Shown here piece after piece: positions 12,489 through 25,419 of a DNA stretch of 64,000 nucleotides. Below the pieces are notes generated by a model. That model did no database searches, was not told the origin of the DNA, and saw only the letters and a program-made list of their open reading frames with translations. The first letter of the stretch is position 1. The number at the start of each line of letters is the position of its first letter. Source of the DNA: Lama guanicoe (lineage: Eukaryota); contig MU054323.1 of NCBI GenBank assembly GCA_013239625.1, positions 15,752,029 through 15,816,028 on the forward strand. The letters are read 5' to 3'. The position numbers and the translations under genes are program-made.

Positions 12489-14089
12489 GTTACAGATATT
12501 GTAATTTTGAAGATAAATGAAACCTCTTCAAACGTGCCCATTGTCGACATGCTGTCAACACATATTTGAGTGTGTGCTGTGTGGAGGAAAGGACCATCAC
12601 AAGTGAGGTGGCCGAGGCCCTCAGAGGCTACGGTCTCATCAGAACTGTCCGTGTGATGTTCAGGTCACCAGAGGCAGTGTGACAGGAGTCGGGATGGAGA
12701 AAGAAGCAGTGAGCCAAGCTCATGCATACTCAGTGGATGAGAGAAGGTGACAGGGAGGTTGGAAGAGGACAGCAGTGACAGGGCTGGAAGGCCGAGGCAA
12801 TATCTTCAGGGGAGCTGGGAGCAGATCTATCCCAATTCCTGAAACACACGGAGTGAAAAGGCACAAGCAGCCTCCACTCAAGCGGGTTGAAGAAGACAAC
12901 TGGGCTTCTGGCAAGTGGGGGCGGGAAGGGGTTGAGACCTCTGGGGGCTCACGGGCAGCCGAGAGGAGTGGGAAGGCTGGGATGGGGCTGGGGCAGGGTT
13001 TGCACAGAACAGGGTGGAGGCTAGGGTCCTGGTGGTGATGGGTCCCCTGGGAGGCTTGCATATAAATGCCACATTGCTCAACCTACACTGTGTCCAACAC
13101 GGCTGGACCACCACTGAAATCTTTAACACCAGAGACAGAACCTGAGAGACAATCTACCTCAAACCCTCCAATGACAAAAAGGAAACCCAGGCCAGAAGAA
13201 GACTGTGCAGCTGCGAAGGGACAGAACTAGAATTTAGATGTACTATTTTCCCATCTTCTTACTCATTTGACTGCCTTCTTGTGGGGGGAGGTCAGAAACC
13301 CATCCTCGCCCCCATTCCACAAACACACTCCTGCTTTTGTACACTCAGGGGCTCTGGTCCAGCCTTTGCACAGCTCTCTGGGTCCTGCCGACTTCCAGCC
13401 AATCTCCTAAGGCAAATCTTTCATTCTGTGGTCTCAGCAGAAAATCCCTTCTGTGCCCTTTCTGCTCCAAGTCAACCCAAACAAGTAGACAAGGAGCGTC
13501 AGGCCAGGTTCTCTGGGTACCTGTGATGTCTATACTCCATTCAACTTAACTGTCCCACCTCTTGGGAGTTAGACCCCTGTGAAAGAGGTTTCTTGACTAT
13601 AAGTTTTGCAACAAGGCTCTGCTAAAAAATTTTCAGCCAAACTGACAGGCTTCAGGTATTTCTTATTTCTCTGGGCTCTTTCAACCCTCTGAACAGGACA
13701 AAATCTCCAAGAAGCAAGTTCTCCGGCAGTCTCAGGGGGCCAGCATGGTTTTGCAAAGAAGAGGATGCTTCTGTGACCAAGGCTTTTCCAGCCTCAAAGA
13801 GGAGTTTCCAAATAATAAAGTTATTTTCCAGTCACAATCCTAAGAAAAGTTCTCCTCTAAGGTTCCCAATAGATAAGTAGGAAATATGCTTGAATGCATG
13901 AATTCAATTACTTTGAAAAGAGATATTTATTCAACTAATGGCTTTGAGGAATTCACAGTCCAGTGAGAAATCACACACAAATGAATAATTAAAATCATAT
14001 AATTAATATCACGGGATTATGCACAAAGTACATGGATGGCAACTGCAAACAACCTCATGAGAAAAAAAAAATCATGAAGTGCCTGACAA

Positions 14090-14305
14090 TTAGTGAGTGG
14101 GTGCTGCATGCTGGGCACTGTTCACATGTATTAACTCACTTATCCCTATGATTTGCTGAAAGAGGTACTATTATTATTCTTACTTTACAGATCACACAAC
14201 CTAGGTATGAAGACGTTGAGTAACGAAAGAGATAGGGCTGGAAGAGGCAGATCTGGGAATTAAACTGGGCAATCTGACTCCAGGATCTAAATACTTAACC
14301 ACTTT
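14090..14305 (-). mobile_element. MIR SINE
   Basis: ggtactattattattcttactttacagat...ctgggaattaaactgggcaatctgactccaggatctaaatacttaaccact is the reverse complement of the MIR core and head. Confidence 0.7.
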
Positions 14306-15107
14306 GCTTCTTATGATGGTGGCACACGAAATAACCGGAGTGGCTGCATAGAGGAATCTCTGGTAAGCTTGACAATTTAAAATATATGTATTTTATATAT
14401 AATTCTGCCAACTGTGTGCTCAGCATCTATTAAATGTACAAAGGTAGGAGTCAAACATCCAATGTAAACTGCACTTCCCTCATCACTACTCCTGCTTCTC
14501 TGGACAACCACCCTCCCTTCACTTAAGATGGGTGATTTCTAATCTACAGTCCACAGTCCCTGAAGCTCCCTGAACACACTGGGCTCCCCCTCCTCTTGTT
14601 AAACTCCTAATCATCCTTCAAGTCTCAGTCCAAATGCCACCTCCTCTTTGGAGCCTTCCCTGATTTGCTCAGATAGAGTTAGGCTCTCTGGATGCAGAAT
14701 CCTGACCTACCTGTCTTCCAGTGACCTCCTTAGTCCCTTCTCATTAGGGGAATGCAATCCACACACATCATCAAGGACATGGAATTCAGGGAATGAGAAC
14801 TCTGAATCTAAGTCCCCTGACAGTGCCAACCCCTAATGCAATGGCACTGGTGGAATGGGATGCAGAGGTATTTCAGGAAGAGAGAAACAGGATTTGATGG
14901 CGAGGAAGAGAGAGAATCTGACTCCATGCAAGACTGCACCACTCTTCCGAATGGCCTTTGGAGGTTCGCTATGTATGTGACAACCACTGTTTTTCAAGGG
15001 CTGGAATCCTCTTCTGGTAGTAACCCCCAGGGAAACTCTGGTCCTCAACTTCCACTCCCTTTTTCCTGCAGAAATGAAAATCCCATTTTCTGTTCCCCTT
15101 CTTGAGT

Positions 15108-15330
15108 TTCATTCAACAAGCATGTTTTAAGCACCTACTATGTGTCAGACATTGTGACAGGTGCTGGGGTCCAAAGACAAATAAGACCTGGTCCTTGCTC
15201 AAGGAGCTAGAGAGGGAATGAGGCTTGGAACAGTGTGACACACAGAGAGAGTGACAGCATGAAACTTGAGGCTGAGGCAGGGGTGTCAGGAAAAGAAGCT
15301 GGAGAGAGAGGCAGGGGCCAGGCCAGGGAA
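15108..15330 (-). mobile_element. L2 3' end fragment
   Basis: ttcattcaacaagcatgttttaagcacctactatgtgtcagacattgtgacaggtgctgggg...ggtccttgctcaaggagct, typical reverse-complement L2 tail. Confidence 0.7.
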
Positions 15331-18300
15331 GGCTGTGTTGGTTCAAGTTCTCTCAGTTGCAAGTGACAGAAACTCAACTCAGTAGCTCAAGCAGATCTTT
15401 GGAAGGGAACTCAAGGAACTTATGAGCTCCAAGGTCAGGAAGACAGCAGAGCCTCAGAAAGGAGAGGAGGGACAAGAGAGGACAGGAGAACCGGGTAGCC
15501 CTCTCATTCTCCTCTCCTCCAGAGTGACCTTCCTCTGGAAAACTGTTGAACAACCGCCAGAGACAGAACAGAGTGAAACTTCCCAGCCATTAACGGTTGA
15601 CCTCATGAGGCAGCCTCCTTTAGCAGGGCCACTGGCAAACCCAGCTGATGTGGATGCTTGGGGATGGGCACCCCCATCGTTCTGTCTGATCACCTTGCCA
15701 TTAATAACCTTTTGAGTTTCCTTAAAGCATCAAGTCTTCCTGAATGCCAGCAAATTCATGTCCACAAGTTCCCAAGTTTGGAAAATCAAATGCAGGCTGA
15801 ATAGCTGTCTTCCAGCTCTGCAGTCTCCCTCTGTTTTGCTTAGAAGCTTTCCCCAAGAAAACCAACGACTGTCTAAGGCTCCCTTTCACTTCTCTTGGCC
15901 TCCACGGCTATGAGATATTACTTGTTTACAGGCCGTTAGCCGGTGAAAATCATTCAGACCATCAGAAGTGCTGCCTCCGGGCTCCACCTCTGCTTTTAGT
16001 TGAAGGCCTAATTGAGGAGAAACGTACTATTTAGGTAACCATCGACATGGGAAACAAGGTTGAAAGACCACAATTTCAATGCAGGCTTTGCTTTTTTCTT
16101 TTCTTCTTCTTCTTCTTTTTTTTCAATGTCCCCTAATTGAAAAATACTGAGCTTAACTTTATCCCTGCCAGGGTCCCTCTTACACAAACGGGGCCTGCAG
16201 GCAGTAAGCTGCCCAAGTAAGCAAATACTATACTTGGCTTGGCAGCTGAGACTTTCGTATAAAAAACACAATTCCAGCTGAATAGCCCCTTTCTGTGCCT
16301 CCTCTAGTTTCGTACTTGGTTGAGGTGAGCAGGGTGTATTCAGGTTAACAGCAAATTGGAATCTGAGGTTCTCAACAAAGAGCCTTTACAGGGCTGCCCA
16401 GGGCACAGAAAGTGTGAGGCTCTGGAAGCCATGGAAACTGTGCAAACACCAAAGCAAGGTCCAAAATCAATCTAATTGTTGGTCTGACATCCCCAGGGCA
16501 TCTGTAAAGTTGAATCCTGATACTATGATATCAACTTTTTTTTTCAATTATCTTAATACTCTCCAAGTTCTCCTTGAAATCACCGTGAAAGGGAGTTTCT
16601 TTCCAACCTCAGCAGGGGGACTGTGTGGCATTTTAAAGCCAAAGAGGGAAAAGGGACAAGTTGAAGGTTACAACCCCCTGTGGTAATGACTGTCTAAGAT
16701 ACGCACCAAGCAAAATAAATGAGCAGACGAAGTTTTCTAAATGGCAAAGCAGTCGTGTAATTTGGTTTTCTCCTAAGAGAATACTCTCATTGAATCAGGG
16801 GACAGTGGCAGTGTGGAAACTCCAGGGGATCTTTCCAGCTTCTCTGACCTAAATGCAAGGCCTGGAACACCCACATGCCTGCTTCTACCTACAGAGAGGG
16901 GGCATTCTCCTGAAATGGAAAACCAACACTTTCATCCTGGAGTCGCTCTAATCCTGGACAGTTAGCAAAGATCTCTCAAAACAAAATACCGGTGGAGCCG
17001 TGGCAGCCTCAGTGGGAAGTTGCCCACGTGGCAGCAGCCAAGATGGTCCTGGCAGGGCCAAAGGCATGTTCATGAGCAGATCTGGGGCATCCCTCATGGA
17101 CCACCCCCCTCGACCAAAATACTCAGTCCCACAGTATGCCAGTGAGAACAAGACACCATTGAGCAACCATCTTCATATGACTCGTCTGTACCCAGGCTGG
17201 GGAGGCCTTAGGGAAATTCTGGTGAGGGGGGTAAATCCATCCTACACATCGATTATGAAGTCGCAATGTTCCATGAACGGTGCTGGCACCTTATATTCAC
17301 CATGTCATTGAAAACACACAAAACTCTATTTTCTACTCTGCAGCATCAAATCCAAGGTCTTGGGAGACTGAACTGTTACCTGACATTCTAAGGTGCCTTT
17401 TGTCTTCCATGTCCTTTTCTCTATTTCCCTGATCATTACCTACGAGTTACTCACCAGCTCAGACAACGTTAGTCCACTTGCTGACAGGCTGTTAAACACA
17501 GAGTAAGTGGCAGATAGCAGGTATGCCCTGGGCAGCTGAGGGGTGAAAAGGAAGGAGTCCCAGTGCGGAACCTCCCTCAGCCTTCTTATTTTAAAGAGAA
17601 GGTATTTGGTTAATGAACTGTCTTGACTTTCAAGGGACTCTGAACATTTACAAAAACCAAGCATTTTAGAAACAAGTGGCTCTAAGAAATTTTCTCTGAT
17701 CAAACTCTGTGTCTCAGGATAATTCCCTTGGGTGAAAGCCGGTTCAGGACTGTCAGGCACACCCTCCAACTCTACAGTGAAATTTTTTCTCATATCTGCT
17801 TCCTTCCATGGGAACATAACGGTGGCTGCTGCAGGTAAGTGGCTCTGCCGTGGCACCCTGGCAACGTTACACACCCCGACGAGGGCTACGTGGGCAGGGC
17901 TTGCTGGAACATCCTCAGATCATCCCAGGAGCATGGCAAGGTGGGCAGTTTGTAAGGTGCTGTCACAGGCCACTTTGTCCACTTCTCCATCTCATAGGAG
18001 GCGTTCACAAAACATTCTTTTCAGCCTAGGACTTTCCATCTGCCCCTCCACAGGGAATACCTGCAGCCTATAAAGGGAATTCACTGCCCTTTAGAATCGG
18101 TGCCCCACCACTCATGTTGCCTGTCATCCAGCCCCTTTTATTTTGGTGTTGCCCTTAGGACAAGGAAGCTGACTATGAAGTAAACTGTTTGAATCCACTT
18201 GGGTCCGTTGTGTCTGTCCTTACCAGACAAAGCTACTGCAAAGTGGCAGACTGCCTGGCTATGACAGTGACCCCTGCTGCACAGGGACTGCCTGGCCACT

Positions 18301-19849
18301 TGACGGCAGCTGCCTTCCTCCCTACCGCAACACTCTCCCCCATGACATTTCTGGATGCCCCTGATCCTGCACATCTGCTGCAATGCCAAGTCCCACCCCA
18401 GTTACCTGCCCCAGCTGCAAATGACCTGCCAGTGACCGGAGAACTTTTTCTTACAAAAAAAAGTCCCCTTTTCTGGTCTATGAATGTTTGCAATTGCACT
18501 GCCTTCACCACAGCCGGAGTGGTGCCCCAGCAGCCTTTGCGCAGGGACAGGGCATAGGTGTTGCCTGGGCAGATCAGGTAGGAGTGACTGTCTGAAGAAC
18601 CGTAGGCAGAAAGTCTTGAGACTGAGGCCCTTACAGGAAGCGATACTAAAATTGATTCACGATGTGTCATGGGAGAGGGACGGATCAGTGTCCACTCTCA
18701 CTATTGGTACTTACCCCTCTCCACAGTTTTAGGAGCAAGGCTGTGTCTCAATAAAGCACACTTGGGGAACTAAAAGGGAGCTTTCTTAACTTTTCCTCCT
18801 GACTATGGCATTGCCTGTAAATTCCCTTAAGTAAATCTATTTTCTGGAAAAAATGAGGAATGGAGAAAATTAGTTTTACTTTAGTTTGACTCCTTTTCTA
18901 AGGAGGTTTCTAAATAAATCACCTGGAAACATTCAGATTATGAAGGTTTCTAAAACAAGAGGTCTTTGTAATGTGTTGCTTTTGGTTACCAGTTCCAGAA
19001 TTCTCCACAGTGAAGTTTCTCCCTGCAGGCCAAGTGCTGCTCACAGCTGCCCGAGGTGTGCAGGGGTGGGAGTGAGGAGGAAGGGAGTGGAGAAACTGGC
19101 CTTCTGGAGGGGCTTTCATGCGCCTGGCACCATCTTTGAGGGACTTAATTGGGATAATAGATGTGAAGGCACTATCCCTCTATTTTTAGAGGGAAAAACC
19201 GAGACTCAGGGATGTTACTGGTCCCAGAGTCACACATCTGATAAATTGCAGCTTCAAACACAAGTTTTTCTCAGAAAAAAAAGACTTAAGTAAATCACAA
19301 AATTATGCAATATTTTGGGGAAAACAACAATCACTTAAGGTTTGCTCCTCACAGAAGAAAACAGAAAGCCAATAAGCTAAAAAGCCATTCTTGTCAGTCT
19401 AAATACTTTTTAATTTTCCTTTGACCCATTGGTTATTTAGAACAAATTAAAGTGAAGCTCTGAAGCAGATTCAAATTGATAAATTTTGAATAATAGGGAG
19501 TGAAGATGAAAGAAGGATGTCTGAAGTGTGAAGCTAGGCATATAGAATTACATAAAGAAATATTGTTTTAGAACTTTCAAATACAGTATATATGCAAACT
19601 CCTCAAATGACAAGGTATGAACAACTTCCCAGAAGAACAAAGAAGTCCTGTGTTTTTTCCCTCACTGAAGAACACATTGGGTCTTACTTGATTCTGGAAA
19701 CTGATAACTAACAGCACATAGGAAAATAGGTATTTCTCATTCCCCAAAGACCTCTCTTATCATTCTTCCTGAGTGCGAGGCAGTGTTGCAAGTCCTCTCC
19801 TTCACCTACTTGGGCAGGAGTTTGTCTGGATAACCCACCAGAATAGCTT

Positions 19850-22800
19850 TCCTTTTATTCATCTTCTCAAAAAACACCAGCCAATGTTTTCATTGGTTTT
19901 CTCTTGTTTTTCTGTTTTACATTATGTTGATTTCTGCTCTTATTTTTATCATTCCCTTGGTTCTGCTTGCTTTGGGTTTACCTAACCCTTCTTTGTCTAG
20001 TTTCTTGATGTGAAAGCTGAGATCATCAAACTGACAGCTGCTTCTTTTTCCACATAGGAGTTTAGCACTATACACATTTCCCTCTCAGCACTCTTCAGTT
20101 GCATCCCACAAATTTTGGTATGTTTTCATTTTCATTCAGTTCAAAATCTTTCCCCCCACCTCAACATTTTAAAATAGACCTTACTTTTTAGAGCAGTTTT
20201 AGGTTCACAACAAAATGGAACCGGAAGTATGGAGATTTCCTATTTAACTCCTGGCCTCACACACACACAGCCTCCCCCACCATCAACATCGCCAACCAGA
20301 GTGGTACATTTATTACAATAGATGAGCCTACACTGACACTTCATTATTACTCAAAGCTCATAGTTTACATTAGGGTTCACCTTTGGTGTTGTACATCCTG
20401 TGGGTTTCAACAAATGCATAATGACATATATCCACTATTATAGTATCATACATATAGTTTCACTGCCCTAAAAATCGTCAGTGCTCCCTATTCATCCCTT
20501 CCTCCACCCTAGTCCCTGGAAACCACTGATCTTTTTACTGTCTCTATAGTTTTTAGAATGTCATACAGTTGGAATCATACAGTATATAGCCTTTTCAGAT
20601 TGACTTCTTTTACTTAGAAATACAAATTTAAGTTTCCACCATGTTTTTTCATGGCTCGACAGCTCATTTCTTTTTAGCACTGAATAATATTCCATTGTCT
20701 GGATGTACCACAGTTTATTAATTCATTTACCTACTGAAAGATATCTTGGTTGCTTCCAAGTCTCTGCAATTAGGAATAAAGCTTCTATAAACATCCTTGT
20801 GCAGGCTTTTGTGTGATTAAAAGCTTTCAACTCAGTTGGGTAAATGCCATGGACCATGATTGCTGGGTCATATGCTAAGAATATATTTAGTTTTGTAAGG
20901 AACTGCCAAACTTTCTTCCAAAGTGGCTGTACCATTCACATTCCCACCAGCAAATGAATGAATGTTCCTGTTGCTCCACATCCTCGCCAGTCTAAATGCT
21001 TGTTAATTTTCCTTTTTAAGTTTCCTCTGACCCGTTGGTTATTTAGAAGTGTGTTATTCAGTTCCTAAATAGTTGGGGATTTTCCAGACATCTTTCTTTT
21101 ACTGGCTTCTAATTTAATTTCACTGTAGCCCATGAACATATTTTGTATGATTTGAATCCTTTAACATTTATTAGACTTGTTTTATGGTCCAGAGTATGGT
21201 CTATCTTTGTAAATGTTCTTGGCATTTGGGGGGGAAAAGTATGTTCTGCTGTTGTTGGGTGGAATGTTCTATAAATGTCAACTAGGTCAAGGCGGCTGGT
21301 AGTGTTACTCAAGTCTTCTATATACTAACTTTCTGCCCCCTTGTTCTATCAATTATTGAGAGAGGTGTTGAAATCACCAACCATAATTGTAGATTTGTCT
21401 ATTTTCCCCTTCATTCTGTTAGTTTTTGCACCATTTATTTTGAAGCTCTGTTATTAGGTGTATAAACTTTTAGGAGTTGTGTTCTCTTGATGAACTGATC
21501 TCTTAATCATTATGAAATGAAACTCTCTAGCCCTGGTAATATTCTCTTCCCTGAAATCTATTCTGTCTGATACAGCCAAAGCTTTCTTTTGGTATGGTGT
21601 ATATTTTTTTATCCTTTGACTTTTTGTTGTTGTTGTTTTCTGTTTTTATTGAAGTACAGTCAGTTTACAATGTTGTGTCAATTTTATCATTTTACTTTTA
21701 ACCTATATGAGTCTTTTTATTTAAAGTGGGCTTCTTGTATGCACATTCAGTGAAGGCAAGGTCTCATTATTTGTACCTAAACTGTCAATCTTGCCTTTTA
21801 ATCATGGTGTTTAGACCATTTACATTTAATGTGACTACTTCTATGGTTGGAATTAAATCCACCATCTTGGTGTTTGTTTTCTATGTGTCACATTTGTTCT
21901 TTGTTCCCCTTTTCAGTTTTCTGTCTTCTTTTGGATTAATTGGACATTTATTATTATTCTCTTTTGTCTCCTTTGTTGGTTTATTAGCTATACTTTTTTT
22001 TAAGTGGTTGCTTTAGGTTCAATAGTATACACCTATAATTTATCACAGTTTGTCTTCAGATAATATACTGCTTCACATACATTGTAAAAACCTTATAGCA
22101 GTTTACTTCTATTTAACCTCTTTCAGTCTTTGTGTTATTGTTCTCATATATTTTACTTCCACATTTTACAACCCTCTGTATATTATTTTTTGTTGTTTTA
22201 AACTGTCAATTATCACTTACAGTGATTTAAAAAGTATTTTTTTTCTCTTATCATCTGGGATTAATTTCTTTCTGCCAAGAGACTTGCTTTAATATATGCT
22301 AGTCATGAATATTTTTGGCTCTTGCATGTCTTTATTTTTGAAATATAATTTTACTGGGTACAGAATTTCAAGTTGACAGATTTTTTTCTTTTTGGTACTT
22401 TAAAGATGTTGTTTCATTGCCTTCTGGCATATCAGGATAGTTGTAACATTTAATCGTCATTGTTTACTAATTCTATCATGTTTTAATTCTGGGTGATTTT
22501 TAGTTTACTAAATTTGACTCCTCATTTTGGGTTGTTTTCGTGTTACTTTGCATACTGATAATTGGGTTCCAAACATTATGAATTTTACCTTATTGAGTGC
22601 TAGATATTCTCGTGTATTTAAATAATTATACAAATGTATATTCAAATATAAATTTATTTATATACATATATGTATGTGTGTATGTGTGTATATATATAAG
22701 CTTTGTTCTGGGTCATAGTCACTTGAAAATAATTTGATCCTTTCAGGTCTTACTTTTAAACTTGAAAGCAGAACCAAAGCAACCTTTAGCCCAGGGCTGA

Positions 22801-23390
22801 GTTTTTTCCACAGTAATGAGGCAGCCATCCCCTTGTAAGTCCTCTACCTAATGCCTCAAATTTTATGATATACTTCCAGTATGCCCAGTGGAAACATGAG
22901 CTATTCCAACTCTACATAACTTCAGGGGATTATTCCAACCCTATGTAACATCAGGGGATATAACATCAGGGGCTTTTATCTTTTGGGTCACTCTTCCTCA
23001 GCTTCTGAAAGGTTTCTCACATGCTTATCCTTATCAATACTCAACTGAAGACTTGAGGAAGGCCCAGTTGAGATCTCCAGAGCTCTCCTGTAGTATTTTG
23101 CCTTGCAAACTCTAGCTGCCTTGGACTTGCCAAACTCCCAACTCTGCCTTTTCAACTCACAGAAACATCTAGGCTCCGCCTGGGTTGCACATCCCAGTAC
23201 TGAATGATGGACACTCAAGGCAGGAAGCTGGGGCAACAATTTGTTTTCCTCTCTCTCAGGGATTATTTCTTGTTCTGGCTATTGTTCAGTATCTGAAAAC
23301 TTGGGTTTTTTTTTTTCTTCTTTATGTTTAAAAGTTGTTTAAAGGGGAGAGGTAAATCTGATCTTTGTTACTCCATCTTGGCCAGAAACA
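19850..23390 (-). mobile_element. Old L1M element (ORF2 5' part, ORF1 and 5' region remnants) with nested insertions
   Basis: Minus-strand translation SRLDLVDIYRTFHPTTAEHTF...TFTKIDHTLDHKTSL (L1 endonuclease, 21109-21312); T-rich strand bias; many stops and frameshifts. Confidence 0.8.
20165..20990 (-). mobile_element. Nested L1 3' end (L1MC1-like) inserted into the older L1
   Basis: tagagcagttttaggttcacaacaaaatgg...accagagtggtacatttattacaat 3' UTR; minus translation VQPLWKKVWQFLTKLNI...YDPAI...GIYPTELK (ORF2 C-terminus). Confidence 0.8.
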
Positions 23391-23985
23391 TAATTTGGTC
23401 TTTAATTCTAAAAAGCAAAGGAAGTACATTTTTTATATAAAAAGGGTATGAATTTTGGGGGTTTTGTTTTGTTTTGTTTTTAGTTGGCTGGCTCCAAGTA
23501 TTTATGCCTAACAATGTTTATTTTTTATGGCATTTTTTTATGGTTTCTCAGCATCTTCAGGAAAACAGACCAACAACCTCTTCTAAGGTGTAAAAGATAA
23601 TCCTCTCGGGGTAGAAAGAATGCAAGAGTCATGCACCAAACTTAAACCACCACCTTAGGAACAAACTCAAGATAATAGATTTCTTCAGGATTTGTGTGAA
23701 AGGAAGCCTACTTACCAGGCTTTGATGTTTGATCATTCTTCATAGAGTGAGTAAATCTGAAGCAGGGAATGGACAAACAAGATCATAATGATTGTGATAT
23801 CCTACGGAGGAAGCAAATGTCTCATTTGGGAGGTGATTCGAGGCACTGTTTTTAAGAGTCAGGATATTAGGACTCAATGTCTACAAATTACATATATTAC
23901 CTTTCATAATCAGGGTGAGAGGAAAGATAAGGGAAAATGCAAAATAGAAATGAGTGACAAAGGAGATTCCCTTCTAATGGGGTAG

Positions 23986-24480
23986 TTGTGGCAGAAGAGT
24001 TTTGTTATCTAACCCGAAAGCCATTTGAAATTGACTTCTTCCTTGCCATCTCCTACTACCAAAGCTGAAAAAGTGAGATACCCACTTTCTCAACATGCAT
24101 TAAATGGAGGAAGGCAATGTTCTCGCCAACCAGGTATGGGGGGAAGTCTGTTGGAGGGAGGGCCTCTGGGAAGATTTCCTTTACTGTCAAAAGGAGAAAA
24201 GTCCTCATTAGTACTGCCCTTCCCCTTTTTTACCTTCTTCTTGCCTTGAACTTGGATAACATGATTGTTACCATGGGAGCCATCTTGAATCCAAACAATA
24301 GATGAAAATCCAATACCCTAAGGATGGCAGAAGAGAAATAAAAAGAGCCTGGGGTCTTTCTTGATATTTCAAACAGGTAAATGCAAGTAACTTCCTTACT
24401 CTGGACTTCTTATTGTAGGGGAGGAATAACTCCTAATTTTTATGTCATTATTTATTTGGTTTTCTCAGACATGAGAAACA
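23986..24480 (+). mobile_element. Old MaLR LTR (MLT1I/J/K-like)
   Basis: Starts tgtggcaga; contains ggagccatcttg...aaggatggcagaagagaaataaaaagagcctgggg...ctctggacttcttat. Confidence 0.55.
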
Positions 24481-25062
24481 GAAAGTAAACTGGCAGGGCT
24501 GCACTTCGTCTGAACATTGAAAACAAATGGTCCAGTAACAATGACCAAACACACTTGGAATAAAATAGGCAAGTAGCTAATATCCATGACCCATCCCAGA
24601 TTATTCTTTGCCATTTATTTTACATGTTTGTACTTAAGAAGTGTTTTTAAATTCTTGGCAAAGTTTCTTGGGAAATTGTCCAGTGACTACAGTATCAGGA
24701 ACCAAACTATTGTGCAAACTCTTCCAAATGACATGGAAACAAGAGAGGTTTAGGTAAAGTGATGAGATTCAAGGAGAAGGTAAGAAAGAATTGGTGTCTT
24801 CACTTTCTAAGGGTAAGGGAAATGGAGAAGCAGAGTAATATACCTCCTTAGTTACAGATTCAAGAATCTTCAGAAGAGATTCTGAGAAAATTCTTGATCC
24901 ACCTTAATTTTCTATTCCTCATCCTTCAACTTGCCGTGGGGAATTCAGTATGGAAAATGAACACTTCTTTTGTTTTAACTGTTCACCATTTATAATCATA
25001 AAGCTTAACAGTGAGCAGGCTATCATCTTGTTGTAACTTCTGCTTGATTAAAAACCAAGCCA

Positions 25063-25092
25063 TGTATGTGTGTATGTATGTATGTGTATGTG

Positions 25093-25128
<36 letters not shown>
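25063..25128. repeat. Compound (TG/TATG)n(TA)n microsatellite
   Basis: Directly visible. Confidence 0.9.
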
Positions 25129-25132
<4 letters not shown>

Positions 25133-25419
25133 CTTCATAATTTCTAATTCACATGGCAAGCAACATTGACCAGCTTGAGAATAACTGATCATCCCAGTCC
25201 CCAAGGAGCTGAAAAGAAGCTAAGAGATAGTTCAAGTTCTCTCTATGTCTTTGCAGCAGGAAGAGTTATGGGGAAACGAAACACAGACAGCCTTCCTTTT
25301 ATGCCATTACACTGACAACCCATCTGCTTCCCAAAAACCTCAGAGCAGAGATTGCCATGTCTTCCACAACTTTTGGAACACACCATAATTCCAAGCAGCT
25401 GAGCTCTACGAACAAAGAC

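Noticed and set aside
17440..19293. Cluster of overlapping 110-145 aa ORFs on both strands
   Set aside because: No recognisable homology and no consistent exon structure; expected by chance in GC-richer DNA when alternative starts are allowed
22902..22972. CRISPR-like short direct repeats (taacatcagggga-like, three copies)
   Set aside because: Local imperfect tandem duplications within an L1 relic in a mammalian genome; no unique regular spacers and no cas genes
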